A DNA stretch of 64,000 nt from Octopus sinensis (Eukaryota), in the NCBI RefSeq assembly GCF_006345805.1, contig NC_042998.1:45694001-45758000 (forward strand), read 5' to 3'. Made by a program: the position numbers and the translations under genes. This document shows, piece by piece, positions 12,644 to 26,459 of the stretch (the first letter of the stretch is position 1; every line of letters starts with the position of its first letter). A model generated the notes under the pieces. That model was not told the origin of the DNA. It saw only the letters and a list, made by a program, of their open reading frames with translations, and ran no database searches.

Positions 12644-12731
12644 TACTTGCGGAAAGAAGATTTGCAATTCCCACCTGATAATTCCAAGAACCCCTGGGTA
12701 AAATTCTCTCAAAGTCATCCAGTTCTTGCTA
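12644..12731 (+). CDS. ANAPC4: ANAPC4 exon (YLRKEDLQFPPDNSKNPWVKFSQSHPVLA)
   Basis: ctatag|TAC...A|gtaagt; 88 nt; human YLKDEDDDLVSPPNTEGNQWYDF. Confidence 0.92.
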
Positions 12732-13551
12732 GTAAGTGTAGAGTTTGCTGTCTCTTTATATAATGTACTTTTAATTTAATGTATTTTTAAAAGTATATCA
12801 CTACCATATTTCCCTTAGCAAATATGTCAGTGATAGACTTTTAATGAGGTGGAAGTCATTACCTGCTATGATTTTCTTTCCAAATAGATTTATTTTAAAA
12901 AATAACAATTAAATTTCTGGTCCAAAAATTATTATTGTTATGGTTTGTTATTGGAATATAAAAGCAGTCATTTGTGTGGTTAAGAAATTTGCTTCCCAAC
13001 CACATGGTCTCAGGTTCAACGAGGGCCAGTCAGGCAGTACTGGCAACGACCACGCTCAAATGGTGCTTTTTATGTGCCACCTGCACAGGAGTCAGTCCAG
13101 TTTGATTAACTGAATTACCTGCTCTTGAAGTGGACGAGCATTTCACAGACACATCTACTCTCAATGTACCCCTCAGTCAGAATCAGCACAACACAGTATG
13201 TAACAAATCTGTGGCTTTTGAATTACAAGTACAGTCCACGTTATAGGCTTCTAGGTTGACTTGAGGCTATGGAAAATGATATTTTCTCAAGATACCTTAC
13301 TTTGCAATTGAACTTGAGACCTTGTGGTTGCAAGGAAAACTTCTTAGCTCTTTGGCTATATTGCACATGTATTCCCATAATATAGTAATTATAAAGTATT
13401 CCAGTGACATTTATATTGAACCTCCCTTTATCAATGTTTAATTCATCATCATAGTATCTCTATCTTTTTTATGCTTACCCGATCAGAATTGCTTTTGGCT
13501 TCTTGGAATGTCCCTTTTCAAGCTAATGTAAATCATTTTCTTTTATTGCAG

Positions 13552-13649
13552 ATAGTACATTGCTGTATTCAGTGAAACCAAATAACTCATTGGTGCAGGT
13601 GCAACAGATTCTAGAAGAAAAAATTGAAGTGGCTCTCACTAAACCAACT
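13552..13649 (+). CDS. ANAPC4: ANAPC4 exon (N-STLLYSVKPNNSLVQVQQILEEKIEVALTKPT)
   Basis: ttgcag|AT...ACT|gtaagt; 98 nt, phase 1 to 0; human ESPLLFPYYPRKSL...LQKP. Confidence 0.9.
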
Positions 13650-13893
13650 GTAAGTTTTTCAGAATTATTTTTCAATGATTCCCCTAAAATTTCTTTCATT
13701 TACTCTGTTGCATGGAATCTTAATTTATGGCATGTATTGAAACTGATATAGTTTCATATACTCGTGTCTTGCCATTTAACACATACATGATATTTTTCTA
13801 TATTTATGTATGTTTATTATATTTAATCAAGGTTAGTCCTACTAATGGATACTTTAGTAAATCATTTAGCAAAAATGTGACTTATAATAAATA

Positions 13894-14285
13894 CTAGCAG
13901 TATCACCCAGCATTGCTTGGGTTTGTTTCGACCCTTTAGAATTGGAATTTTTGAAAAGTAAAAATTTTGCATTATGTAGCTTGTTATACTCTTTAAGTGA
14001 ACATTTTTCTGGTTGAAATACACCGAAAAATGGCAACACAGCAGTCAAAAAATCGGAAAAAATCGGGATTTTCATAGAAAAAAAGCACCTTTTTGATGTA
14101 AATAATTTTTGGTGTTAACATGGTCCGATTTGAATTTTTTCTGCTACGGAAGGAAGAGCAAACCTTCTTCTATCATACTCTCAATTTTGGTCAACTTGCG
14201 CTGCAGGGTCTCGGAGGAGATAGTGTTAGTTAAAGGCTACCAAACCTGCCATACACAGACAACTTCAGCTTTATATATATAGAGA
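13894..14285 (-). mobile_element. Non-autonomous Helitron
   Basis: On - strand A|TC start and CCCAAGCAATGCTGGG hairpin then CTAG|T; homologous to 26750-27060. Confidence 0.75.
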
Positions 14286-16267
14286 TTACATGCATTTTTC
14301 AAATGGAAAATATTGCATCAAAATTAATATGTATCTAGAATAGGTTTTTCTGATATTTTCTCCACAAAAGTGATATTGTTACATCACCATTTGTTACCAT
14401 TTAATGTTTGTTTTCTATGCTGGCATGGGTCAGACAGTTTAGGTGTTTGGTGAGCCAGAGGACTGCATCAAGTTCCAATTTCTGCTTTGGCATAGTTTCT
14501 ATGGCTGGATGCCATTTCCAAAGCCAACCACTTTACAGAGAATATTGGGCACTTGTGAGGTCATCAAGTAATTCACAAAACTAGACCCTGAGTTGGAAAA
14601 AATTTCTCTTCATTTTATATATTTATCCCCTTTTTGTTCCTAACCTTTCAAGATTCGGCTGTGGACTTTAGAAGTGAATTTATTTGACTTTTCAAAGCTG
14701 TGGGATTTATTAGTAAAATACTGAGTGAATATTTTCTTGTGAGTTTACAGTCAAAACCTATTTGAAAACTTATGTATTGAAATTAATTTGAGAAATATGA
14801 TAAGAACATAATAAAGACGGAGGCATTTTATTGAAGCCTAAAGACTTGTTTTCATTTTCATTCTCTTTTACTCTTTTACTTGTTTCAGTTATTTGACTGT
14901 GGCCATGCTGAAGCACCGTCTTTAGTCGAGCAAATCAACCCCAGGATTTATTTTTTGGAAGCCTAGTACTTATTCTATCGGTCTCTTTTGCCGAACTGCT
15001 AAGTTTTGGGGACATAAACACACCAGTTTTCAAGCGATGTTGGGGTGGACAAACACAGATACAAACATATACACACACGCACACATATATACACATATAC
15101 GATAGGCTTCTTTCAGTTTCCGTCTACCAAATCCACTCTCAAGGCTTTGGTCAGCCCGAGGCTATAGTAAAAGACACTTGCTCAAGGTGTCATCCAGTGG
15201 GACTGAACCCGGAACCATGTTACTTACCACACAGCCACTCAATTTCATTTATCACTACTTTTAAATTAAGAACCAGCAACTTCTTTTTGTGATTGCTCAC
15301 TTTTGATTTGTTCACATTTGCCCATGGCCCAGTCTTATAAAAATATCCCTGCATATCTCAGTACCATTTCTTCAGTAGCAATGCAAAAATTAAGCAAAAA
15401 TTAAACCACGACTCAAAATGTTATCTGAAAGCCTTTAAGTGCTCAATACTTGAAGTTAAAACAAATTTTGGGGAAAAGTTTCAGGCTCACAAAACTCAAT
15501 GACCTACTTGTTTTGCTGCAGCTCAGCTCATTTGTTGCCAACCCCTTCTGAGTAAATATGGATGTGTTTGTTAGCATTTATAATTGACACACACAGTAAT
15601 TCCACAGTTTTTATGTCTTAAGGTTAGCTGCCTCAATCTGTTATGTATTCATTTATCAGAGTTTATCCTGCACGGTTTTAATCAAATTTTTAGATATATT
15701 TTTCTTTTAAGTTTGTAACACGTAAAATTTTTCCTAATTTCTACTAGACTTTATTTTCATTGCTTGCAATAATTTATAGTTTATAATTTCTTTTTTAAGT
15801 GAGTTATTGTATTTGGTATGTTAAAAAGTAAAAAAACCAAAAAACAAAAATAAATCCAAATTTGCCTTCTAAACATTTATTATATTGTCTCCCTTGAACT
15901 AGTTTTATGTGTTGCGTCATTCCTATGAGACTAGTTTAAGTTGATGGACTGAATGACTTTAATATACAGTATAGAATTTTCTTTCCTTGATTAATCATTA
16001 CTTAAACACTGACATTGCATTACATCTTGAGGCATAGCACAAAGCTGAAAATAGGTGCTGTTTCGGTTTCATGATTATGATAGATACAGCAGTGAAATTT
16101 GTTTCAGCATTTCAGTGATGTATTTAAATTTATAAAACAGTTCATTTTACTATAAAATATAAAAGCATATCAAAATGCTGAAAAGTAAATTAATAAGATA
16201 GAATCGTTGTTACTGTTTTTTTAAAAATAATTTTAAAATTTTGAATTCATTTTTATTATTTTGTTAG

Positions 16268-16335
16268 AATGTTATTGGGAGAGAATGTCATTCCAGCTGT
16301 TTGATCAAACTATTTTCAATGCCAAAAAATAACAA
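16268..16335 (+). CDS. ANAPC4: ANAPC4 exon (NVIGRECHSSCLIKLFSMPKNN)
   Basis: ttgttag|AAT...AA|gtaagt; 68 nt; human DVIGKSM...CIPLY. Confidence 0.88.
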
Positions 16336-17743
16336 GTAAGTTTTTCAAATGCTATTGTCTTTCTATCTAAATATTTTGGTTATGCAGAATTGCAAATCTA
16401 GTGGCCACTGGTTTTGGTACTTGATTCTCTTCTTCCTTCCCAAATCGTAGACTCAGTTTCCTGGTGTATTTCCCACCTGGAAGAGATGCTGGTACATTGC
16501 AGGAATACTTGTTTTTTGCCAGCTGAGTGGACTGGAGCAACATAGAATGAAGTGTTTTGCTCAAGAGCACAATGAATTTCCTAGTCCAGGAATCAGAACT
16601 ACAATCATGAGTCCAACACCCTGACCATTAGGTCACATCTGAGCACAAGTCAAAGCTTTAAATACTCTGTTGTATTCTGAGGCAAAGTTCATTCCATTAT
16701 TTGCTTTGTTCAACCTATACATATACATATTAGAGAAAAGTGATAAAAATAACTGGTCCAAACATTCTCAGTATTAAAAAAAAAAAATGAAAAAATGGTA
16801 TTGATGATACGCAGTGCTTGAGAAGACTCATCAAGCCAAGTGAATGTAGTTGTGGCTGTTGCTGGTGTCATGTAAATGGTACCCATGCTGGTGGCATGTA
16901 AAAAGTACCCATTACACCCTTGGAGTGGTTGGTGTTAGGAAGGGCATCCAACAATAGAAACCATGCCAAATCAGACTAGAACCTGGTGCAGCCCTCTGGC
17001 TTCCCAGTTTCAGTCAAACTGTCTAACCCTCTGTCAGTATTAAGCTATTGAAAGGGCAAAAAAAAATAAAAGATTTGGCCTGGGTTGTAACCTGTTCATA
17101 ATAATCTTTTTTACTATAGACACAAGGCCTGGAGTTTTGCAGAGGGGGTAAGTTGATTATATCGATCCCAGTATTCAACTGGTGCTTATTTTATCAATCC
17201 CAAAAGGATGAAAGGCAAAGTTGACTTTGGCAGAATTTGAACTTGGAATGTGAAAACTGACAAAATGCTGCTAAGCATTTCTCCTGACATGCTAATGATT
17301 CTGCCAGCTTGCTGCTTTATAACCTGGCCATAATAATAATAATGATAATTATAATAATAAAACACAATTTTTTCGTGGCCGTTGCCAGTGTCGCCTGACT
17401 GGCCCTTGTGCTGGTGGCATGTAAAAGCACCTACTACACTCTCGTAGTGGTTGCCGTTAGGAAGGGCATCCAGCTGTAGAAATTCTGCCAGATCAAGCTT
17501 GGAGCCTGGTGCAGCTATCTGGTTTCCCAGTCCTCAGTCAAATCGTCTAACCCATACTAGCATGGAAAGCAGACGTTAAGTGATGATGATGATGATGAAT
17601 AATAAATCTCAAAGCTGTGAGATAATGTATGATTAATTCAAAACAACGAGAAAGAATAGACGTTGCATTTGACACAGAAATCTGAATACTAAAGGGTTAA
17701 TATATGAAAGATTACTTATTTATTATTTTTTTGCATTTAACAG

Positions 17744-17779
17744 GAAAGATGATAAAGAATATGTTTGTCGATTTTCTCA
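17744..17779 (+). CDS. ANAPC4: ANAPC4 small exon (K-KDDKEYVCRFS-Q)
   Basis: ttaacag|G...CA|gtaagt; 36 nt, phase 2 to 2, keeps the frame; little sequence similarity recognisable. Confidence 0.75.
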
Positions 17780-17831
17780 GTAAGTATTCTTTTAAATTTT
17801 ATTATTTTGCTTTTATTCTTTTTATTCTTTT

Positions 17832-18033
17832 TTCTTTTTACTTGTTTCAGTCATTTGACTGCGGCCATGCTGGAGCACCGCCTTTAGTCGAGCAAATCGA
17901 CCCCGGGACTTATTCTTTGTAAGCCCAGTACTTATTCTATCGGTCTCTTTTGCCGAACCGCTAAGTGACGGGGATGTAAACATACCAGCATCGGTTGTCA
18001 AGCAATGCTAGGAGGACAAACACAAACATAGAA

Positions 18034-18068
<35 letters not shown>

Positions 18069-18240
18069 CATATATATATATATGACGGGCTTCTTTCAGT
18101 TTCCGTCTACCAAATCCACTCACAAGGCATTGGTCGGCCCGGGGCTATAGCAGAAGACACTTGCCCAAGATGCCACGCAGTGGGACTGAACCCGGAACCA
18201 TGTGGTTGGTTAGCAAGCTACTTACCACACAGCCACTCCT
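17832..18240 (-). mobile_element. SINE family A, full length (other - copies about 6284-6630, 14865-15240, 19683-20124, 22608-22988, 37322-37724, 54100-54472, 56395-56820)
   Basis: tRNA-like head GTGTGGTAAG...GGTTCAGTCCC, internal TA/CA microsatellite, tail GAAACAAGTAAAAGA. Confidence 0.85.
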
Positions 18241-19901
18241 TTTAGTTTACTTGTATTTTAAAAAGAAAATTTATGTCATTATGAGTCAATTATTTTGGGA
18301 TTTATAGAAGCAGAAAAGCATATTAGAAAATGATAAAAAAAAAGTTGAAGGTCAAGAAAGTAAATGCCAAAGGAAATGGTAAACAAATTATATGAGGACA
18401 GGAGAATGATTAGTGAGGAGATGTAGAAATTTGATGGGAAGTTTAAATAGTGAGAAAGCAAGCAAATAAAGTGGGTTTAGTCTATATAGCTGTGTGGTTA
18501 AGATGCTTGCTTTGTAACTGTGTGGTTTTGGGTTCAGTCCCACTCTGCTGCATCTTAGGCAATTGTTTTCTACTATACTCTCAGGCTGCTCAATGTCTTA
18601 TGAGCGAATTTTGTTGACAGAACCTATGGAAGTCCACATATAAATGTGTGTGATTGTATATGTCTTTATGTTTATTTACCATCTCTCCACAAAAAACCTG
18701 GTTGAGAACTGGTGTAAGTTTGTTTACATTCCTATAACTTAGTGGTTTGACAAAAAGAGACTGATGGATTTAAAACATGAATAAAATAAGTACCAGGGTT
18801 GATCCATCCATTTGACTAAGCAATACCCTTCAAAGTGGTGCTCCAGCATGGTTACTCTCCATTGACTGAAACAAGTTAAAGAAAAAGATATTCAAAACAA
18901 GTTCTGTGAAAACTAAAAAAAATGATAATGGAAGAAAAGGCATTGGAGGGGCAGTGCATACCCTGCATGCACACAAAGAGAAAATAAAATTTAATTTTAT
19001 AAATATATTCTCAGACGAATTCATATTTCAGCAAAATGTCAAAATGAGTTATGTCCCCTGCTTATCATTTACGCCTATGTAACAAAGAAAAAGAAACATT
19101 TTGATTCACCAGTCTGCCAGTTTTGTAGATAATCAAGCCAAAATTTAATGAGTTCGAGCCACTCACCCAATGAATATTTCTGCCAAATTTGGTGAAAATC
19201 CGTTTTGCCGTTTTCCAGTAAGTTTGCAAACACGCAGACAAACAGACAAAAACAAGCGACTACAATAACCCTGCTTCTCTTACACGTGCAGGGTTAACTA
19301 TAATGGCCAAATTACTTATTAGGCTATTGAATTTTGTTGTCATTGTCCGAAGCTGATCAAAGACATTGATAGCTGTGATTATCTGTTATCTTTTGTCTCA
19401 GTGTTTAGGCTGTGGCCATGCTGGGGTGTTACTTCGAAGAGTTTGATTCAGTGCCTTTCAACCATTTTTTACACAGGGACCCCTTTGATTTCTATTTTAC
19501 TCTACTGGACCTCCATAGCGATTCAATGTATATAAAAACAATTCTTCTATATTTTTATTATTAAATATTATTAGGAATTGTACAAAAACAAAAAAATTTA
19601 AATATTTTGTGTATTATAGAAGGATAAAGTATGGTCAGCTCCATGTCAAACCAGCCAACCCATGCCATCATGGAAAACGGACTTTTACTTTTTTTACTTG
19701 TTTCAGTCATGTGACTATGGCCATGCTAGAGCACTGCCTTTAGTCGAGCAAATCAACCTCAGGACTTATTCTTTGTAAGCCTAGTACTTATTCTATTGGT
19801 CTCTTTTGCCAAACCGCTAAGTTACGGGGATGTAAACACACCAGCATCGGTTGTCAAGTGATGTTGGGGTGACAAACGCAGACACACAAACATATACACA
19901 C

Positions 19902-19966
<65 letters not shown>

Positions 19967-20524
19967 GACAGGCTTCTTTCAGTTTACCTGATCCACTCAC
20001 AAGGCTTTGGTCAGCCCAAGGCTATAGTAGAAGACACTTGCCCAAGGTGCCACGCAGTGGGACTGAACCTAGAACCTTGTGGTTGGTAAACAAGCTACTT
20101 ACCACACAGCCACTCCTATGCCTATGTTAAATAATGACGATGATAAGCAATTTATTTCACTTAAATTTTAACAACAAAATCTTATATGGACTCCCAAGAG
20201 CCATATGGACCATGGTTGAGAACCATTGGATAGTGTCATTCATGATTTTGCATTCATGTTTGCAAGAGCATACTTAATCTTAATGAAGTAAAGAAAAGAG
20301 TATTGCATTTAGAAGGGGTTTGTTTTTTTATATCCTTTAGTCAGAAGGAAAGATAGTTGTTGTAGCAAAATTTAAGTGATTTATCTTTCCGCTAACGAAT
20401 GTAATTGTCTTCCTTGAAATTGTGTGAAATCTTCAAACTTCTTTTTGTTCTGCCTTGTATTTTAAAATTAGTTGTTAATGTAATGATTTTGCTAAAGATG
20501 TATATTGTGCATTTCTCTTCCAAG

Positions 20525-20626
20525 GTTTTCAATGAATAATGGAACACAGATGTACACAGTGTTTACTGCAGGCCCTTTGCCTTATGAAACCCTTTATATC
20601 ATTCGAACACTGGACACAAATGAACA
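20525..20626 (+). CDS. ANAPC4: ANAPC4 exon (FSMNNGTQMYTVFTAGPLPYETLYIIRTLDTNE)
   Basis: ttccaag|G...CA|gtaagt; 102 nt, phase 2 to 2; fits human LHYLLFT...KMCILRR. Confidence 0.85.
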
Positions 20627-21235
20627 GTAAGTACAAAATACCTTCTGTTCTTTCCCTACTTTTACAAGATTAGTTTATTCTGCCGGTGGCACGTAAAAGG
20701 CACCCACTACACTCACGGAGTGGTTGGCGTTAGGAAGGGCATCCAGCCGTAGAAACATTGCCAGATGAGACTGGGCCTGGTGCAGCCTTCTGGCTTCCCA
20801 GATCCCAGTTCAACTGTCCAACCCATGCTAGCATGGAAAGTGGACACTAAACGATGATGATGATGATGTGGAAGGTGTAGGCATGGCTCCGTGGTAAGAA
20901 GTTTGCTTTCCAACCACATTGTTCTGGGTTCAGTTGCATTGCATGGCACCTTGGACAAGTGTCTCCTTTTGTAGCCCAGGGCCAACCAAAGCCTTGTGAG
21001 GGGATCTAAGATTCATTCTGATAAACTGAATGAATCCCAGTGTCACTCATTTCCAATATTCTGCAAAACATGTCTGGTTATGGGAAAATATCACCTTGCT
21101 TGGAAACAAGTGAGGTTTGACAACAGGAAAGGCAACCAGATGTAGAAAATCTACCTCAATAAACTGTTCAACCCATGCAGGTATGGAAAAATGGATGTTA
21201 AAAGGATGATGATGAGTGAGCAATTTCTCATTTAA

Positions 21236-21457
21236 CCCTTTTGTAACCATATTTCTGTTGAGATGCTCTGTTTTTCTTTCAATTAATTTTAAATATAACA
21301 AAGAATTTAGTGAAGTAACTTAGTTATCATTAAGCTAGTGTTAGGAACATAAATTGTGACTAAGGTTTGGTGGAAGATTTTAATTCAGAACTTTTGAAAA
21401 CAAGGCATATTTGTTATAGAGCCAGAGGCGGTTTCAGGCAGGTTGGTATCAAAAGGG
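21236..21457. mobile_element. piggyBac-type MITE (222 bp; inverse of 44337-44558)
   Basis: TTAA|CCCTTTT...AAAAGGG|TCAA. Confidence 0.7.
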
Positions 21458-21677
21458 TCAAAATGGAAGAATAGAAGAATGTGTAAGTATTTGTGTAAAA
21501 TTGTTGAATTGTAAAATTATAGCTGTTGGCATTGATGTGTGGTTAAGAAGCTTACTTCCCAACTATGTAATTATAGTTCAGTTCCACTTCACCTTGGGCA
21601 AGTATTTTCTATTGCAGCCCTGGACTAACCAAAGCCTTGTGAATAGACTTGGTGGAAGGAAACTGAAAGAAACCTGC

Positions 21678-21747
<70 letters not shown>

Positions 21748-21749
21748 AC

Positions 21750-22050
21750 TAGGTGCATTCCAGAAAGTTTTGAGGCCTTTTCAGGAGAGACATTTATTAA
21801 TTTCAAAGGTCTTTCAAAAATCTAATCTCCCTCAAGGTAGGATCTTCTGATTTCAGTGCCCTTGTCGGAGAGCTCCAGCCACTTTGTGAAGGCCCCACAG
21901 AAGTCCTCCAAATGGTGCCCAGGACCCTTGTTACAGCCTCCTCAATCTTCTTAATGTCTTCAAAACAACTGCTTCTGAGGTTTTCCTTAAGTTTGGGGAA
22001 GAATTAAAAGTCACAGAGAGGGTGAGGGACAGTTTTGGTGCCCATCTTTT
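21750..22050 (-). mobile_element. Mariner 3' remnant
   Basis: - strand reads LCDF*FFPKLKENLR...FTKWLE...SYLEGD*, the mariner transposase C-terminus. Confidence 0.7.
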
Positions 22051-22262
22051 TCAAGAAACTGAATTGAAATTGAAGTTAGAAAGATTGACCTTTTTTTTTT
22101 CACCAAGTGGTCCTCTTTTGAGGATTAAATGCTGGAGTTTACACGTTATTGGACCAGCTCCTGCAATTCAAGCATCCATTAGTGACTAAAGTGAATTGAA
22201 ATTTATATTTTGTGTATATTGTTTTTTTATATAGGTTTTTGTTTGTTTCTTTTTTGAAATAG

Positions 22263-22376
22263 ACCAAAAGAATCTTTTGAGATTGCTGCAGTTTGTGTAG
22301 GATCCATTGGAACGACAGAGGAACAGGATGAGGGCGATGAGGGAATTGTTAAAGACACCAGTCTCAACACACAAAC
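22263..22376 (+). CDS. ANAPC4: ANAPC4 exon (PKESFEIAAVCVGSIGTTEEQDEGDEGIVKDTSLNTQ); last exon I can identify
   Basis: long T-rich tract, gaaatag|A...AC|gtgagt; 114 nt, phase 2 to 2; fits human LIAIKFGS region; no stop codon. Confidence 0.8.
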
Positions 22377-25300
22377 GTGAGTTTCTAGCTTGTTTCTTTT
22401 CAATGCTTTTTCTGTTGTTGTTACTTTTATGATTGTCTGACTAACATAACAGGTTGCACTCTGACTGTCTAGAAGAATGGTTAGCAGAGAGAGAGAGAGA
22501 GTCCACCAATGCTAGCATGTCAAATAGTAATAAAAGTGATATATTAAAGTAGGACAATAGACAACTGTTGCTATTGTGTCCATCAAAAATATGTAACCCA
22601 GACACTTACTCTTTTACTTGTTTCAGTCATTTGACTGCGGCCATGCTAGAGCACCGCCTTTTAGTCGAGCAAATCGATCCCAGGACTTATTCTTTGTAAG
22701 CCTAGTACTTATTCTATCAGTCTCTTTTGCCGAACCGCTAAGTTATGGGGACATAAACACACCAGCATCGGTTGTCAAGCGATGTTGGGGGGACATTCAC
22801 AGACACATATATACATATATATACAACGAACTTCTTTCAGTTTCCGTCTACCAAATCCATTCACAAGGCTTTGGTTGGCCTGAGGCTATAGTAGAAGACA
22901 CTTGCCCAAGGTGCCATGCAGTGAGACTGAACCCAGAACCATGTGGTTGGTAAACAAGCTACTTACCAAACTGCCACTCCTGCGCCTACTTACAAATTTA
23001 TCTCTGTTGTTGTTATAGTGAATCTGGTTGAAAGGTTACACAGTTGGAGTTGGATAACCTCAGACTGACCAAAACCTTGTGAGTGGATTTGGCAGATGGA
23101 AACTGAAAGAAGCCCATTATAAAGTGTGTGTGTGTCTTTGTGTCTGTGTTCCACCATTACTTGACAACTGGTGTTGGTGTGTTTACATCCCCATAACTTA
23201 GCAGTTCAGCAAAAGAGACTGATAGAATAAGTACAAGGCTTAGAAAGAATAAGTTCTGGGGTCAATTTTTTGAACTAAAACCCTTCAAGGTGGTGCTCCA
23301 GCATGGCTGCTGTCATATGACTGAAACAAATAAAAGATGAAAAATATGTATGTATGTGTGTGTGTGTTTATGTGTCCTTGCCCTGACATTTGTGTGCTTA
23401 TTGTAAAACAAAGTTACTGTGTATGCAAAAGAAAAAGAAAAGAAAAACAATGTCATTTGTCTGTGATATTCCATGAAAACATGTCCAGCCATTGATCTGT
23501 TTGTGTTTGAAGGCCAAAGGACAAGGTAGAAAATATTACTTTGCTAGGAAACAAGTGATACTTGACAACAGGAAGGGCATCCAGCTGTAGAAAATCATCC
23601 CCAATGAGTTTCATCTGATTCATGTTAAGTGTTACTGATAATTATATCTGTATATTGACTGTACTAGACATATTAAGCACTGGTATGGCTGTGTGGTAAG
23701 AAGCATGTTTTCTAACCACACGGTTCTGGGTTCAGTCCCACTGCATGGAACTGTGAGCAAGTGTCTTCTATTATAGCTGTGGATCAACCATATTAGAAAA
23801 TGATAAAAGCATATTAGAAAATGATAAAAAAAAAGTTGAAGGTCAAGAAAGTAAATGCCAAAGGAAATGGTAAACAAATTATATGAGGACAGGAGAAAGA
23901 TTAGTGATGAAATGTAAAAATTTGATGGGAAGTTTAAATGGTGAGAAAGCAAGCAAATAAAGTGGGTTTAGTCTATATAGCTGTGTGGTTAAGATGCTTG
24001 TTTTGTAACTATGTGGTTTGGGGTTCAGTCCCACTCTGCTGTATCTTGTAGCTTGCTTACTAACCACGTGGTTCTGAGTTCAGTCCAACTGCATGGCACC
24101 TTGGGCAAGTGCCTTCTACAATAACCTCGGGCCGACCAAAGCCTTGTAAGTGGGTTTGGTAGATGGAAACTGAAAGAAGCCTGTCGTGTATTTGTCTTTG
24201 TGTTTGTTCCTCACCACCATTTGACAACTGGTTGTTGGTGTGTTTACATTCCCATAACATAGCAGTTTGGCAAAGGTGACCAATAAAATAAATACCAAAC
24301 TTAAAAAAGTAAAATAAGTACTTGGGTCAATTCATTCAACTAAAAAGTCAAGGTAATGCCCCAGCATGGCCACAGTCTAATGACTGAAACAAGTAAAAGC
24401 TCAAAGATAATACCAATAAAACCATTAATTATACTATGAACAGTCCCATTATTAGCATGGTAAATACCACCATCACCACTAACAACAACATTAGCTCTGT
24501 ATCTCCAGAATCACTAATACTGCCCAACAACATCGGAAACAAATCACATCAATTTTAAAACATCAATAATGAATTCTCTTGTAAATGATTTCTATAACTC
24601 ATTGTTTACTGAAACAAAGGAATTTTGTTGCTCTGCAAACAATGATAGATAAGCTGAAATATCAGAATTTAAATCCACGTAAAATGCACTCATGCTGGTT
24701 TCACATAAATGCATCTGTGTCAGTGACATGTAAAAAGCACCCAGCACACTCTGTTAAGAGGTTGGTGTTAGGAAGAGCATCCAGTTGTAGAAACTGTGCG
24801 AAAACAGACAATTGGAGCCTGGACAGCTCTCTGGGTGGCCAGCTCTTGTCAAACCGTCCAATCCATGCTAGCATGGAAAATGGACATTAAACGATAACGA
24901 CAGTGAGGAGGTGAAGAAACTGGGATCTGTTATAAATCCTCTTTAATATTTAAATATATTTTTTTTACTAGCACTTGTGCTGGTGGCATGTGAAAAAAAA
25001 AACATTCGAACGAGGTCGTTGCCAGTGCCGCTGGACTGGCTCCTGTGCAGTGGCCCATAAAAAGCACCATTTGAGCGTGGCCGTTGCCAGTACCACCAAA
25101 CTGGCCCTCATGCTGGTGGCATGTAAAAGCATCCACTACACTCTCGGAGTAGTTCGTGTTAGGAAGGGCATCCAAGTGTAGAAACTCTGCCAGATCAGAT
25201 TGCAGTCTGGTTCGCCAGACCTCAGTCAAATTGTCCAGCCCATGCTAGCATAGAAAGCGGACGTTAAACGATGATGATGATGATGACGATGATTTTCCTT

Positions 25301-26374
25301 GAACCTTTGTGTCCCTTGGCAGGCATCACTTTGTTCTTTTTCCTGGTATGAAGTAGATGGGAAAAAAAATCTCTGCACTGGATAGGACATCATTGTACTT
25401 CTGAGAACATTCACAGATAATGTGGTGCCTATCCATAACACCTTGGTGAACTGAAGTGATGTTAAATAAAATCTATTATCAAGAACGCAACAAAATTATC
25501 AGCAGTTTGTTAAGTACATTATCAGTTTTTCAAACTAAATCTGTTGCATTCTCATTGCAAACAAAGACTTGGGAAAAATTCAAGTATCAATTGTTAGAAG
25601 ATGTCAATTGTACTTTATTGACGCCATTTCTAGAAACTGTTATGGCTGTTTACTGGAAGGCAGGTGACATTGTGGTCTTGTGAATTACCTGCTCTTATAT
25701 CCTTTTAAATATTTAAGGTAAAAAAAAAAGTGTTATTATTCATGGGTGTTGGCATAGCTTTGTGGTAAGAAGCTTGCTTCCCAACCACATGGTTCCAGGT
25801 TCAGTCCCCACTGTTTGGCACCTTGGGCAGATGTCTTCTGCTATAGCCGACCAAAGCTTTGTGAGTAGATTTGATAGAAAGAAACTGAAAGAAGCCCATC
25901 ATATATCTATATATATATGAAGATGAGAATGTGTGTCTGTCTGTCTGTCTGTGTGAATCCTTAAAACTTGAGAACTACGCAACCAATTTCATTCAAATTT
26001 TACACATGCCATACTTAGGGTCCATGTGTCATAGGCCAAAATGATTTTTTAACTTCTTGCCTAGTGCAAGCTTACAGCAATATCATATCTTCTCCACTAT
26101 TTCAGTATTACGTGTCAAAAGTGAAACAATAACATCTCTCTATTGTAATGTCAGATATTGTCACTTTAATAGTTTCACTTTAATACTGAAACTATTACAG
26201 TGAAACTATTATCTCACATATATACAGGCATACGTACATATATATAATATATAAAAATATTTAAATAATGAGGGAGATAAATTTAATATTAATTTAATTA
26301 ATATCAATTTAAAACCAGTAGCCTAGCATACAAAAAATCTGAAAAATCAGAGAAAATTTTAATACATGTGTATA

Positions 26375-26458
26375 TTCAAAGGGCAAGACTACTAGGTAGT
26401 CGGCCGTATGCTAGAAATAGCATATACGACCGACTACCTAGTAGTCTTGCCCTTTGAA
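26375..26458. mobile_element. 84-bp palindromic MITE-like element flanked by TA
   Basis: 31-bp perfect arms 26373-26403 / 26430-26460 including the TA; GAAA loop. Confidence 0.55.
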
Positions 26459-26459
26459 T

